Of a stretch of DNA of 64,000 nt, positions 10,372 to 18,324 are shown piece by piece. The first letter of the stretch is position 1; each line of letters starts with the position of its first letter. This stretch comes from an uncultured Oscillospiraceae bacterium (GTDB taxonomy: Bacteria > Bacillota > Clostridia > Oscillospirales > Oscillospiraceae). The notes under the pieces were generated by a model that was not told the DNA's origin, made no database searches, and saw nothing but the letters and a program-made list of their open reading frames with translations. The translations under genes were made by a program, and so were the position numbers. The stretch covers positions 9,880 through 73,879 of the forward strand of contig CALXEH010000001.1 in NCBI GenBank assembly GCA_944387285.1, given 5' to 3'.

Positions 10372-11205
10372 TCACAGCAGAAGTTCGCCGTCGAAGACGG
10401 TGACGGCGGGGCCGGTCATGTAGATGAGATCTACATCCCTGTCCCAGTCGATGTTGAGCTCGCCGCCGCGCAGCTGCATTTTGACGGAGGGCTCGCACCT
10501 GCCGTTCACGACCGCCGCAGCGAGGGCCGCCGTGGAGCCGGTGCCGCAGGCCAGGGTCTCGCCGCTGCCGCGTTCCCAGACGCGCATCTTGAGCGTGTGG
10601 CGGTCGATGACCTGGACGAACTCGGTGTTTATGCGCTCGGGAAAGAGCGGATGGTTCTCAAAGAGCGGGCCGATGGTGGGCAGGTCGAGCCAGTCCACGT
10701 TATCGACGAACACGACGGCGTGCGGGTTGCCGACGGACACGGCCGTGATGCTCCACTGCAAACCGCCGACCTCGAGCGGCTGGTTGATAAAGACCTCGGA
10801 CTCGGTGAGGACGGGTATCAGCTTGGCCTTGAATTCAGGGCTGCCCATGCAGACACGGACGCTCTCGACCACGCCGTCCTCGATATTCATCCAGAGGGTC
10901 TTGACGCCTGCGCCGGTCTCGACGTCGATGACGCTCTTTTTGGTCATGCCGCGCTCGTAGACGTACTTGGCGACGCAGCGAATACCGTTGCCGCACATCT
11001 GGCCCTGCGAGCCGTCGGCGTTATACATATCCATTGCAAAATCGGCCTTATCGGAGGGGCAAATGCAGATGAGCCCGTCGCCGCCGACACCGAAGTGCCG
11101 ATCCGAGACGAGCCTAGCAGCAGCCGGACGGTCCTCGACCGTCTCCTCAAAGCAGTTGACATACACATAGTCGTTGCCGCAGCCGTGCATCTTGGTAAAC
11201 TTCAT
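10372..11205 (-). CDS. dapF: Diaminopimelate epimerase
   Basis: 277 aa with MKFTKMHGCGNDYVYV and catalytic Cys motifs (GNGIRC, ACGTG). Confidence 0.92.
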   Translation of the reverse strand: MKFTKMHGCGNDYVYVNCFEETVEDRPAAARLVSDRHFGVGGDGLICICPSDKADFAMDMYNADGSQGQMCGNGIRCVAKYVYERGMTKKSVIDVETGAGVKTLWMNIEDGVVESVRVCMGSPEFKAKLIPVLTESEVFINQPLEVGGLQWSITAVSVGNPHAVVFVDNVDWLDLPTIGPLFENHPLFPERINTEFVQVIDRHTLKMRVWERGSGETLACGTGSTAALAAAVVNGRCEPSVKMQLRGGELNIDWDRDVDLIYMTGPAVTVFDGELLL

Positions 11206-11240
11206 ATTCCGTCACTCCCAATCTATGGACTTATACGCCT

Positions 11241-11269
11241 ATTATATACGACTTTCCCCGCCCTTGCAA
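11241..11269 (-). promoter_or_regulatory. Candidate sigma-70 promoter for dapF-dapL
   Basis: The minus strand reads TTGCAA-17 nt-TATAAT, about 35 nt upstream of the dapF ATG. Confidence 0.5.
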
Positions 11270-11285
11270 CGATTCTTTTTGCAAC

Positions 11286-11424
11286 ACGCCCGCCCCTACG
11301 GCCTGGTGCAAACCGCAACCATCCGCAACACCGTCACAAACGGCGCACCGAGGTCGGTGCGCCCTACGGATGGGCGGGCGTAAACCCATGACGCCCGGGC
11401 GGGGATGGAACCCCGCCCCTACGG
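11286..11424. repeat. Cluster of REP-like GC-rich hairpins carrying a CCCTACGG / GTAGGG(G)CG motif
   Basis: The motif occurs at 11289-11301, 11359-11369 and 11411-11424. Hairpins are at 11342-11363 and 11397-11418. An outer 10-bp pairing joins 11286-11295 to 11372-11381. Confidence 0.6.
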
Positions 11425-11447
11425 TTGGCGTATGTGTAAAATCCAAC

Positions 11448-11487
11448 GCAAAAATGCAAACGGGCGGAAGATGCTGCTCTCCCGCCC
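11448..11487 (-). terminator. Terminator of the Fe-S flavoprotein gene
   Basis: The minus strand reads GGGCGGGAGA-GCAGCA-TCTTCCGCCC followed by GTTTGCATTTTTG. Confidence 0.6.
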
Positions 11488-11503
11488 GGGTCGTTTATTT
11501 GGC

Positions 11504-14203
11504 TTATTTCTTTGCGAAGGGCTTCGACAGGCTCTTTATGGCTATCGTGCCGTAGCGCTTGGCGACGTGCGGGGCGAGGCTGGGTACGAGCTTGTCGTAA
11601 TCCAGGCCCTCGACGTCGCGGACACGCTCGAGGTGGATGGCGTCGAACTTGCACTTCGTCGTGCAGATGCCGCAGCCTATGCACATGTACTCGTCCAGCA
11701 CCACCGCGCCGCAGCCGAGGCAGCGCTCCGTCTCCTTCTTCAGCTGCTCCTCCGTGAAGGTGCCGCGCAGGTCGCGGAAGGTCTTCTTCGCCTCCTCGGG
11801 GCTGCCGTCCACCGCCTTCTGTCTCGGCGCGGGCTTCAGGCTCTTTATCGGCACGACCACATTGTCCTTGTCCAGCGACAGGTACTCCTTGACCGCCCTG
11901 CCGAGCACCAGGCTCTGGCCCTCGTGCACGAACCTGTGTATCGAGATCGAGCCCTCCTTGCCGGCCGCGATGGCGTCTATCGCGAACCTCGGGCCGGTCA
12001 CCACGTCGCCGCCCGCGAAGATGTCGGGCTCGCCCGTCTGCAGCGTCACCGGGTCAACGATGACCGTGCCGTTCTTGCCGAACTTCACGCCCGTGCCCTC
12101 GAGCATCGCGCCGAGCTCGACCTTCTGGCCCGTAGCAGCGATGACGCAGTCCACCGCCAGCTCCTCGAACACGCCCTTGCGCGCTACGGGCTGACGCCTG
12201 CCGCTCTTGTCCGCCACCGCGGACAGCTCCATGCACTGCAGCTTCACGCCCGTCACGGCCTCGTCGCCCAGTATCTCCGCCGGGGTCATCAGGTACTTGA
12301 ACTGCACGCCCTCGGCCTCGGCCTCGGCGACTTCCTCGGCCGCCGCGGGCATCTCGTCCGCCGTGCGGCGGTAAACGACGTACACGTTCTCCGCGCCCAG
12401 CCTTATCGCCGTGCGCGCCACGTCCATGGCGGTATTGCCGCCGCCGATGACCGCGACATTCTTGCCGACCTTGACTTCCTCGCCGGCGTTGACCGCCTTC
12501 AGGAACTCGATGCCGCCCCAGACGCCGGCCTTGTCCTCGCCCTCGACGCCGAGCTTGGCGCTCTTCCACGCGCCCGCCGCCAGGTAGAAGGCCTCGTAGC
12601 CCTGCTCGCGCAGCTGGCTTATCGTCACGTCCTTGCCCACGTCCACGCCGCAGCGGAACTCCACGCCCAGCTCACGCAGGACGTCGATCTCGGCCTCCAC
12701 GACCTCGCGCTCGAGCCTGAACGACGGCAGTATGCGGGTCAGCATGCCGCCGACCTTGTCGCCCTTTTCAAACACCGTGACGGGGTAGCCCTTGACCGCC
12801 AGGTAATACGCGCAGCTCAGGCCGCTCGGGCCGCCGCCGATGACGGCGATCTTGTTGGTGAAGGGCTTGCCGGTCTGGTTGAGCATCTTCGGCACGAACC
12901 TGGTCTCGGCCGAGAGCTCCTTATCAGCGATGAATTTCTTGATATCGTCGATGGCGATGGGGTCGTCGATATCGCCGCGGGTGCAGGCGTCCTCGCAGGC
13001 CCTGTTGCAGATGCGGCCGCAGACCGCCGGGAAGGGGTTCTCATTCTTTATGAGCTCCAGCGCCTCGAGATAGCGGCCCTGGGACGCCAGCTTGATGTAG
13101 CCCTGGACCGGGATATGCGCCGGGCACTCCATCTTGCAGGGCGCGGTGCCGGTGTCCACGACCTTCTTGCGGTTGGTGCGGAAGTCCTCGTTGTACTTGT
13201 CCTTGCCCCAGAGCGAATCCATGGGCGTGATGCGCTCCTCGACAGGCGCCTCTTCCTTCGCGCAGAGCTTCGCGCCCAGCTTGAGCGCGCCCATCTGGCA
13301 GTTGTCCACGCACAGGCCGCAGGCCACGCACTTTTCGCGGTCGACGCGGGCGACGTAGTTCGTCCTGAGCATGTCCGGGGCGTTGAAATACTCGCCCAGG
13401 CGCAGCGCCAGGCAGGAGCAGCCGCAGCAGTTGCAGATGGCTGTCGGGCCGTCGTAGCCCTCGGCGGCGTTTATCTCGTGGATGAGGCCGTTATCCTCCG
13501 CCCTCTTGAGTATCTCCAGCGCTTCCTCCTTGCTGACCAGCCTGTGGCTGCCCTGCTGGGAGAAGAACTTGGCGTTGTCGTCGATGTACATGCACATGTC
13601 TTCCTCGAGGTGGCCGCAGCCCTCGCCCATCAGGCGGCGGGTACGGCGACATGAGCAGGGGCCGACCGAGATCGCCCAGGCGCGCTCGATGATGTGCTCG
13701 ACCTCGTCATAGGTCGCGGCGTGCGAGTCGTTCTTTATCGCGCTGCCGACGGGCATGGCGCGCATCGGGCCCATGCCGACCGGGAAGTTCGGCACCAGTA
13801 TCGGCGTGCGGTAGCGCGTGTACTTCTCAAAGCACTCGGCTATGACCGGATACTTCTCCACCTGCTCCTTAACCGAGAGCATGCCCTCCATGATGCCGGG
13901 CACCCAGATGGGATAGTAGTAGGTCTCGACGTCGCCGTCGTAGACGCAGCGGACTATGCCGCACTTGACCAGCTCGTTGACCATGGCCTGAGCATATTCC
14001 ACGCTCGTGCCTGCCTTTTTGGCTATCTCCTCGATGTGCCTGGGCTTGCGCACCTTGACGTGCATGCCTACGTCGGCCATCTCATCCGTCACCACGGGGT
14101 CGAGTATCATGTACTCCGGGTCGTTCGGAGTTACGCCCGTGTAGGTGCCGGACTCGAGGCTTATCTTCGACGCAAGCAGAAGAATCTTTTTTCTGAAGGC
14201 CAT
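11504..14203 (-). CDS. Multi-domain Fe-S / FAD NAD(P)H oxidoreductase (GltD-like core with extra Cys-rich N-terminal module and C-terminal 2x[4Fe-4S])
   Basis: 899 aa from the ATG at 14203 (RBS AAGAGGAA). Motifs: Cys clusters CSCRR..GEGC and CNCCGCSC, ferredoxin CVACGLCVDNC, dinucleotide folds VIGGGPSGLSCAYYL and VIGGGNTAMD, C-terminal CLGCG..CIGCGICTTKC. Confidence 0.75.
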   Translation of the reverse strand: MAFRKKILLLASKISLESGTYTGVTPNDPEYMILDPVVTDEMADVGMHVKVRKPRHIEEIAKKAGTSVEYAQAMVNELVKCGIVRCVYDGDVETYYYPIWVPGIMEGMLSVKEQVEKYPVIAECFEKYTRYRTPILVPNFPVGMGPMRAMPVGSAIKNDSHAATYDEVEHIIERAWAISVGPCSCRRTRRLMGEGCGHLEEDMCMYIDDNAKFFSQQGSHRLVSKEEALEILKRAEDNGLIHEINAAEGYDGPTAICNCCGCSCLALRLGEYFNAPDMLRTNYVARVDREKCVACGLCVDNCQMGALKLGAKLCAKEEAPVEERITPMDSLWGKDKYNEDFRTNRKKVVDTGTAPCKMECPAHIPVQGYIKLASQGRYLEALELIKNENPFPAVCGRICNRACEDACTRGDIDDPIAIDDIKKFIADKELSAETRFVPKMLNQTGKPFTNKIAVIGGGPSGLSCAYYLAVKGYPVTVFEKGDKVGGMLTRILPSFRLEREVVEAEIDVLRELGVEFRCGVDVGKDVTISQLREQGYEAFYLAAGAWKSAKLGVEGEDKAGVWGGIEFLKAVNAGEEVKVGKNVAVIGGGNTAMDVARTAIRLGAENVYVVYRRTADEMPAAAEEVAEAEAEGVQFKYLMTPAEILGDEAVTGVKLQCMELSAVADKSGRRQPVARKGVFEELAVDCVIAATGQKVELGAMLEGTGVKFGKNGTVIVDPVTLQTGEPDIFAGGDVVTGPRFAIDAIAAGKEGSISIHRFVHEGQSLVLGRAVKEYLSLDKDNVVVPIKSLKPAPRQKAVDGSPEEAKKTFRDLRGTFTEEQLKKETERCLGCGAVVLDEYMCIGCGICTTKCKFDAIHLERVRDVEGLDYDKLVPSLAPHVAKRYGTIAIKSLSKPFAKK

Positions 14204-14262
14204 ATGTTTTCCTCTTTTCATATTCAAAAATTCGGTTTTCCAACACAACTTGTCCTTTTATC

Positions 14263-14291
14263 ATTATAAACTGACTTTCCCTTTCATTCAA
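14263..14291 (-). promoter_or_regulatory. Candidate sigma-70 promoter of the Fe-S flavoprotein gene
   Basis: The minus strand reads TTGAAT-17 nt-TATAAT, about 55 nt upstream of the ATG at 14203. Confidence 0.55.
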
Positions 14292-14397
14292 GTCGCGCCT
14301 TTACAAATTTGCAAGTCAAAAAACTGTCAATTGTCACAACTGGTTCTGGATTGACCAGCCGAAAAGCGCCTGGCATGGCCAGAAGCGGCTGTTTTGC

Positions 14398-14426
14398 TTG
14401 ACCCCTGCCCTGTTGAGGTTTATAAT
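14398..14426 (+). promoter_or_regulatory. Candidate sigma-70 promoter of hypA
   Basis: TTGACC-17 nt-TATAAT, about 40 nt upstream of the ATG at 14467. Confidence 0.6.
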
Positions 14427-14466
14427 CGCTGTGGATAACACTTTTCAGGTTTGGGAGGTCTGGTCA

Positions 14467-14808
14467 ATGCACGAGATAGGCGTCGTCAGGCAGGTGCTCA
14501 GGACAGTTGAAGCCTTCGCCAAAGAGAACGGCATAGACAGGATAGACACCATCGTACTCGAGATCGGCGACCTCTCGCTGGTCATACCGAAGTACGTTGA
14601 AGACATTTACAAGGTCATCATCAAGGACACGCCCTTTGAGTTCACAAAGCTCAAAATCGAGGTCGAGGAGGGCCAGGGCATCTGCCGCGGGTGCAAAAGG
14701 GCCTTCCCCATCGTCAAGAACGAGGGCTACTGTCCCCGCTGCGGCAAGCGCAATGCCGAGGTCATCAGCGGCCGGGACTTCATCGTCAAAGAGGTCATTG
14801 TTCCGTGA
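14467..14808 (+). CDS. hypA: Hydrogenase/urease-type nickel insertion metallochaperone HypA
   Basis: 113 aa from the ATG at 14467 (RBS GGGAGG). It has the N-terminal MHE Ni-binding motif and the Zn site CRGC...CPRCG. Confidence 0.8.
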   Translation: MHEIGVVRQVLRTVEAFAKENGIDRIDTIVLEIGDLSLVIPKYVEDIYKVIIKDTPFEFTKLKIEVEEGQGICRGCKRAFPIVKNEGYCPRCGKRNAEVISGRDFIVKEVIVP

Positions 14809-14880
14809 GCGGCGGACAGTTTGTGCAAAATGCTGTGCCAATGTCCGCACGGCGTGTGCATAATTGAGGGTTTTGGCCGC

Positions 14881-14909
14881 TTGACTTTAGTCATTTCAAG
14901 CGTTATATT
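14881..14909 (+). promoter_or_regulatory. Candidate sigma-70 promoter of the ABC-importer leader
   Basis: TTGACT-17 nt-TATATT. Confidence 0.6.
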
Positions 14910-14952
14910 AGGCGCAGCAAAGCAAATCCGCCTGAAAGGAGCGCGCAGTATT

Positions 14953-15096
14953 ATGATGAACGTCATGAACACCAATCTGAATACCGCCGCTTCCCGTCAG
15001 GCTCGCTTCTCCTTTGCGGGCTTTTTTGGCTATGCCTATTTTTACTTTTTCGGCATGGACAACAGAGAGCCTGACAGGACGATAGCGGTTTGCTGA
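14953..15096 (+). CDS. Candidate leader peptide (47 codons, Phe/Tyr-rich) or small hydrophobic protein
   Basis: GGAG lies 11 nt upstream of the ATGATG. The product is MMNVMNTNLNTAASRQARFSFAGFFGYAYFYFFGMDNREPDRTIAVC. It sits between a promoter and a strong terminator, upstream of the SBP gene. Confidence 0.4.
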   Translation: MMNVMNTNLNTAASRQARFSFAGFFGYAYFYFFGMDNREPDRTIAVC

Positions 15097-15116
15097 GTTA
15101 GAAAAAAGCGGCTTCG

Positions 15117-15150
15117 GCAGCCCCGTCTGAACAGGCGGGGCTGCTTTTTT
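15117..15150 (+). terminator. Strong intrinsic terminator (candidate attenuator) upstream of the SBP gene
   Basis: GCAGCCCCGTCT-GAAC-AGGCGGGGCTGC forms 12 bp with one G-U pair, followed by TTTTTT. It lies 33 nt before the SBP ATG. Confidence 0.75.
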
Positions 15151-15182
15151 GCTGCCCGACAAAATGAAAAGGAGAAACCGAA

Positions 15183-16220
15183 ATGAAGAAGATCCTCGCC
15201 ATCCTGCTTGCGGCCATGATGCTGCTCGCCCTTGCCGCCTGCGGCACTACCAACGACACTACCACCGAACCGCCCGCCGCTACCGACCCCGCAGAGACCG
15301 AACCCGCCGCTACCGAGCCCGCCGATGATACCGCCGGTGAGACCTATGTCGTCGGCATCTGCCAGCAGATGACCCACGTCGCGCTCGACGCCGCGACCCA
15401 GGGCTTCAAGGACGCGCTGGCCGAGCTCCTCGGCGCCGACGCCGTGACTTACGAGGAAGGCAACGCCGGCGGCGACCAGAACAACTGCGTCACCATCGTC
15501 GACGGCCTCGTCTCCGAGGGCGTGGACCTCATCCTCGCGAACGCCACCTGGCCGCTGCAGGCCGCCGCTTCCGCCACGGGCGAGATCCCCGTACTCGGCA
15601 CCTCCATCACCGACTACGCCACCGCGCTGAACCTCGAGGACTGGACCGGCACCATCGGCAACAACATCTCCGGCACCAGCGACCTGGCCCCGCTCGACGA
15701 GCAGGCGGCCATGATACAGGAGCTCTTCCCTGACGCCGAGACCGTCGGCCTGCTCTACTGCTCCGGTGAGGCCAACAGCGTCTACCAGATAGAGACCATC
15801 CGCGGCTACCTCGAGGACATGGGCTACACCTGTGAAGCCTACGCCTTCACCGACGTGAACGACCTCTCCAGCGTCACCCAGACCGCCTGCGACGGCTCCG
15901 ACGTCATCTACATCCCCACCGACAACACCGCCGCCGCCAACACTGAGACCATCGCCAACGTCGTCCTGGCTGCGGGCGTGCCCGTAGTCGCCGGCGAGAG
16001 CGGCATCTGCTCCGGCTGCGGCGTGGCTACCCTCTCCATCGACTACTACGACCTCGGCTACACCACCGGCGAGATGGCTGCGAAGATACTCACCGGCGAG
16101 GCCGACGTGACCACCATGGCCGTCCAGTACGCGCCGAACGTCACCAAGATGTACAACGCCGCCAACTGCGAGGCGCTGGGCCTGACGATGCCCGAGGATT
16201 ACGTCGCCATCGAGGGCTGA
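15183..16220 (+). CDS. ABC transporter substrate-binding lipoprotein, ABC_sub_bind (PF04392/COG2984) family
   Basis: Signal peptide with lipobox LALAAC and a Thr/Pro/Glu-rich linker. Family-typical blocks: VVGICQQMTHVALD, DLILANATWPLQAA, IPVLGTSITD, VGLLYCSGEANS, IYIPTDNT. Confidence 0.85.
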   Translation: MKKILAILLAAMMLLALAACGTTNDTTTEPPAATDPAETEPAATEPADDTAGETYVVGICQQMTHVALDAATQGFKDALAELLGADAVTYEEGNAGGDQNNCVTIVDGLVSEGVDLILANATWPLQAAASATGEIPVLGTSITDYATALNLEDWTGTIGNNISGTSDLAPLDEQAAMIQELFPDAETVGLLYCSGEANSVYQIETIRGYLEDMGYTCEAYAFTDVNDLSSVTQTACDGSDVIYIPTDNTAAANTETIANVVLAAGVPVVAGESGICSGCGVATLSIDYYDLGYTTGEMAAKILTGEADVTTMAVQYAPNVTKMYNAANCEALGLTMPEDYVAIEG

Positions 16221-16279
16221 TCACCGCAACATAAAGCGCCGGGGACGGGAGGTCCTGCCCGTCCCCGGCACCACCGCGC

Positions 16280-17257
16280 ATGGAGGATAATGTAATGGAT
16301 TTCTTGCAATCGCTGCTGAACGGCCTGCCCGGCTCCGTGGGCCAGGGGCTCATGTGGGGCATAATGGCCATCGGCGTGTACATCACCTACAGGGTGCTCG
16401 ATATTGCCGACCTGACGGTGGACGGCTCGCTCGCTACGGGCGGGGCCGTTTGCGTGCTGCTCACGGTAAACGGCGTGAACATCTGGCTGGCAGTGCTCAT
16501 CGCAATGCTGACCGGCATGCTCGCGGGGCTGGTGACGGGGCTCTTCCACACCAGATGCGGCATACCCGCGATACTTGCCGGCATACTCACCCAGCTCGCG
16601 CTGTATTCCATAAACCTGCGCATCATGGGCTGGGGCAGCACGGCGGGCACGCAGTCCACCCTGGCGGTCAGCGTGGATAAGTTCGACCTGCTGGTCTCCT
16701 CGCGCTATGTGCGCGAGCTGGCGCTCAACAACCCCATCCTGCTGCTGGCGGCGCTCTCCGCCGTCGTCGTGGGCCTGCTCTACTGGTTCTTCGGCACCGA
16801 GATAGGCTGCGGCATCCGGGCCACCGGCGCGAACCGGAACATGGCCCGCGCGCAGGGCATCAACACCGAGCGCAACGCCGTCATCGGCCTCATGCTCTCG
16901 AACGGCATCGTCGCCCTCGCGGGCGCGTTCATCGCCCAGTACCAGGGCAGCTCCACCGTGGACATGGGCCGCGGCGCTATCGTCATCGGCCTCGCGGCGG
17001 TCATCATCGGCGAGGTCATCCTGGGCAACAAGGTCAACAACTTCGCCGTGAAGCTGGCCAGCTGCCTGCTCGGCGCGATCATCTATTACGTTGTCATCCA
17101 GGTCGTGCTCCGGCTCGGCCTCAACACCAACGACCTCAAACTGCTGACGGCGCTCATCGTTGCGCTGTTCCTGGCGATACCCTACTGGCGCGACAAGCTG
17201 CTCAAAGGCGCTGGCGCGAAACGGAAGTCTGTAAAGGAGGAGACCGGCAATGCTTGA
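16280..17257 (+). CDS. ABC transporter permease (COG4120-type)
   Basis: 325 aa, polytopic and hydrophobic. It overlaps the ATPase start by 8 nt. An alternative start is at 16295. Confidence 0.8.
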   Translation: MEDNVMDFLQSLLNGLPGSVGQGLMWGIMAIGVYITYRVLDIADLTVDGSLATGGAVCVLLTVNGVNIWLAVLIAMLTGMLAGLVTGLFHTRCGIPAILAGILTQLALYSINLRIMGWGSTAGTQSTLAVSVDKFDLLVSSRYVRELALNNPILLLAALSAVVVGLLYWFFGTEIGCGIRATGANRNMARAQGINTERNAVIGLMLSNGIVALAGAFIAQYQGSSTVDMGRGAIVIGLAAVIIGEVILGNKVNNFAVKLASCLLGAIIYYVVIQVVLRLGLNTNDLKLLTALIVALFLAIPYWRDKLLKGAGAKRKSVKEETGNA

Positions 17258-18047
17258 ACTCAAACACATCAGCAAGACCTTCTACCCCGGCACGGTGAAT
17301 GCCAAGACGGCGCTGTTCGATTTGAACCTCACCCTCAATGACGGCGACTTCGTCACGGTCATAGGCGGCAACGGCGCGGGCAAGAGCACGATGCTCAACG
17401 CGATAGCCGGTGCGTTCTCCGTGGATTCCGGCAGCATCACGATAGACGGGCGGAACATCACGAAGCTGCCCGAGTACAAGCGCGCGGCCTTCATCGGCCG
17501 GGTGTTCCAGGACCCGATGATGGGCACGGCCCCAACGATGGGCATAGAGGAGAACCTGGCCCTCGCGGCGCGGCGCGGCAAGCGGCGCACCCTGCGCTGG
17601 GGCATCAAGAAGGTGGAGCGAGAGGACTACCGCGAGCTGCTGCGCACGCTGGACCTGGGCCTCGAGGACCGGCTGAGCGCGAAGGCTGGGCTGCTCTCGG
17701 GCGGCCAGCGCCAGGCTCTCACCCTGCTCATGGCGGCGCTGGTGCAGCCGAAGCTGCTGCTGCTCGACGAGCACACGGCGGCGCTCGACCCCAAGACGGC
17801 GGCGAAGGTGCTGGAGCTCTCGGAGCAGATAGTCACGGAAAACCACCTGACGACGCTCATGGTCACGCACAACATGCGCGACGCGATAACCCACGGCAAC
17901 CGGCTCATCATGATGAGCGAGGGCCGCATAGTCCTGGACATCAGCGGCGAGGAAAAGAAGCGGCTCACGGTAGAAGACCTCCTGGAACGCTTCTCCGCCG
18001 CCGCCGGCAAAGAGTTCACAAACGACCGAGTCCTCCTCGGCGCCTGA
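17250..18047 (+). CDS. ABC transporter ATP-binding protein (COG1101-type)
   Basis: Walker A GGNGAGKST, signature LSGGQRQ, Walker B LLLLDEHTAALD. Confidence 0.9.
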   Translation: MLELKHISKTFYPGTVNAKTALFDLNLTLNDGDFVTVIGGNGAGKSTMLNAIAGAFSVDSGSITIDGRNITKLPEYKRAAFIGRVFQDPMMGTAPTMGIEENLALAARRGKRRTLRWGIKKVEREDYRELLRTLDLGLEDRLSAKAGLLSGGQRQALTLLMAALVQPKLLLLDEHTAALDPKTAAKVLELSEQIVTENHLTTLMVTHNMRDAITHGNRLIMMSEGRIVLDISGEEKKRLTVEDLLERFSAAAGKEFTNDRVLLGA

Positions 18048-18096
18048 ACGCCCGCCGAAAACACCCGCGCCCCGCATTTCCAGGCTCACAACAAAA

Positions 18097-18120
18097 GCCC
18101 GGACGCATCCGCGTCCGGGC
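18097..18120. terminator. Hairpin GCCCGGACGC-N4-GCGTCCGGGC (copy 1)
   Basis: 10-bp perfect stem. AAAA lies on the 5' side of the plus strand, so the U-tract reads on the minus strand. Confidence 0.5.
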
Positions 18121-18324
18121 TCAGCTTGTCTAAGAAGGCTAAGCCTTCTTAGACAAAGGGGATAGCGCTGCGCTGCGCGCCTCGGTCGCCCGCCGGAGGC
18201 GGACGATTCGACACTCCGCTCCGCGTAAAGTATTTTCGGCGACGTACACGCCGCCGCCGAAAATGATCAAAATTCATTTCGCGGCTGCGGCCGCGAAACT
18301 CTGCGAGGCTTTTTGACAGACGCA

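Noticed and set aside
11206-11285. Lysine riboswitch (L-box) upstream of dapF-dapL
   Set aside because: The best promoter lies only ~35 nt upstream of the dapF ATG, leaving no room for a ~180-nt L-box. No L-box core motifs were seen.
9739-13654. 550-aa and 749-aa plus-strand ORFs (9739-11391, 11405-13654)
   Set aside because: They lie antisense to dapL/dapF and the Fe-S flavoprotein. The same mirror-frame composition applies, and they also cross a promoter/terminator region.
14910-15182. T-box or known riboswitch in the ABC-importer leader
   Set aside because: I looked for the T-box sequence (GGTGGTACCGCG-like) and for purine, preQ1, ZTP or c-di-GMP-type cores and saw none. The leader-peptide model fits better, though it is only a hypothesis.
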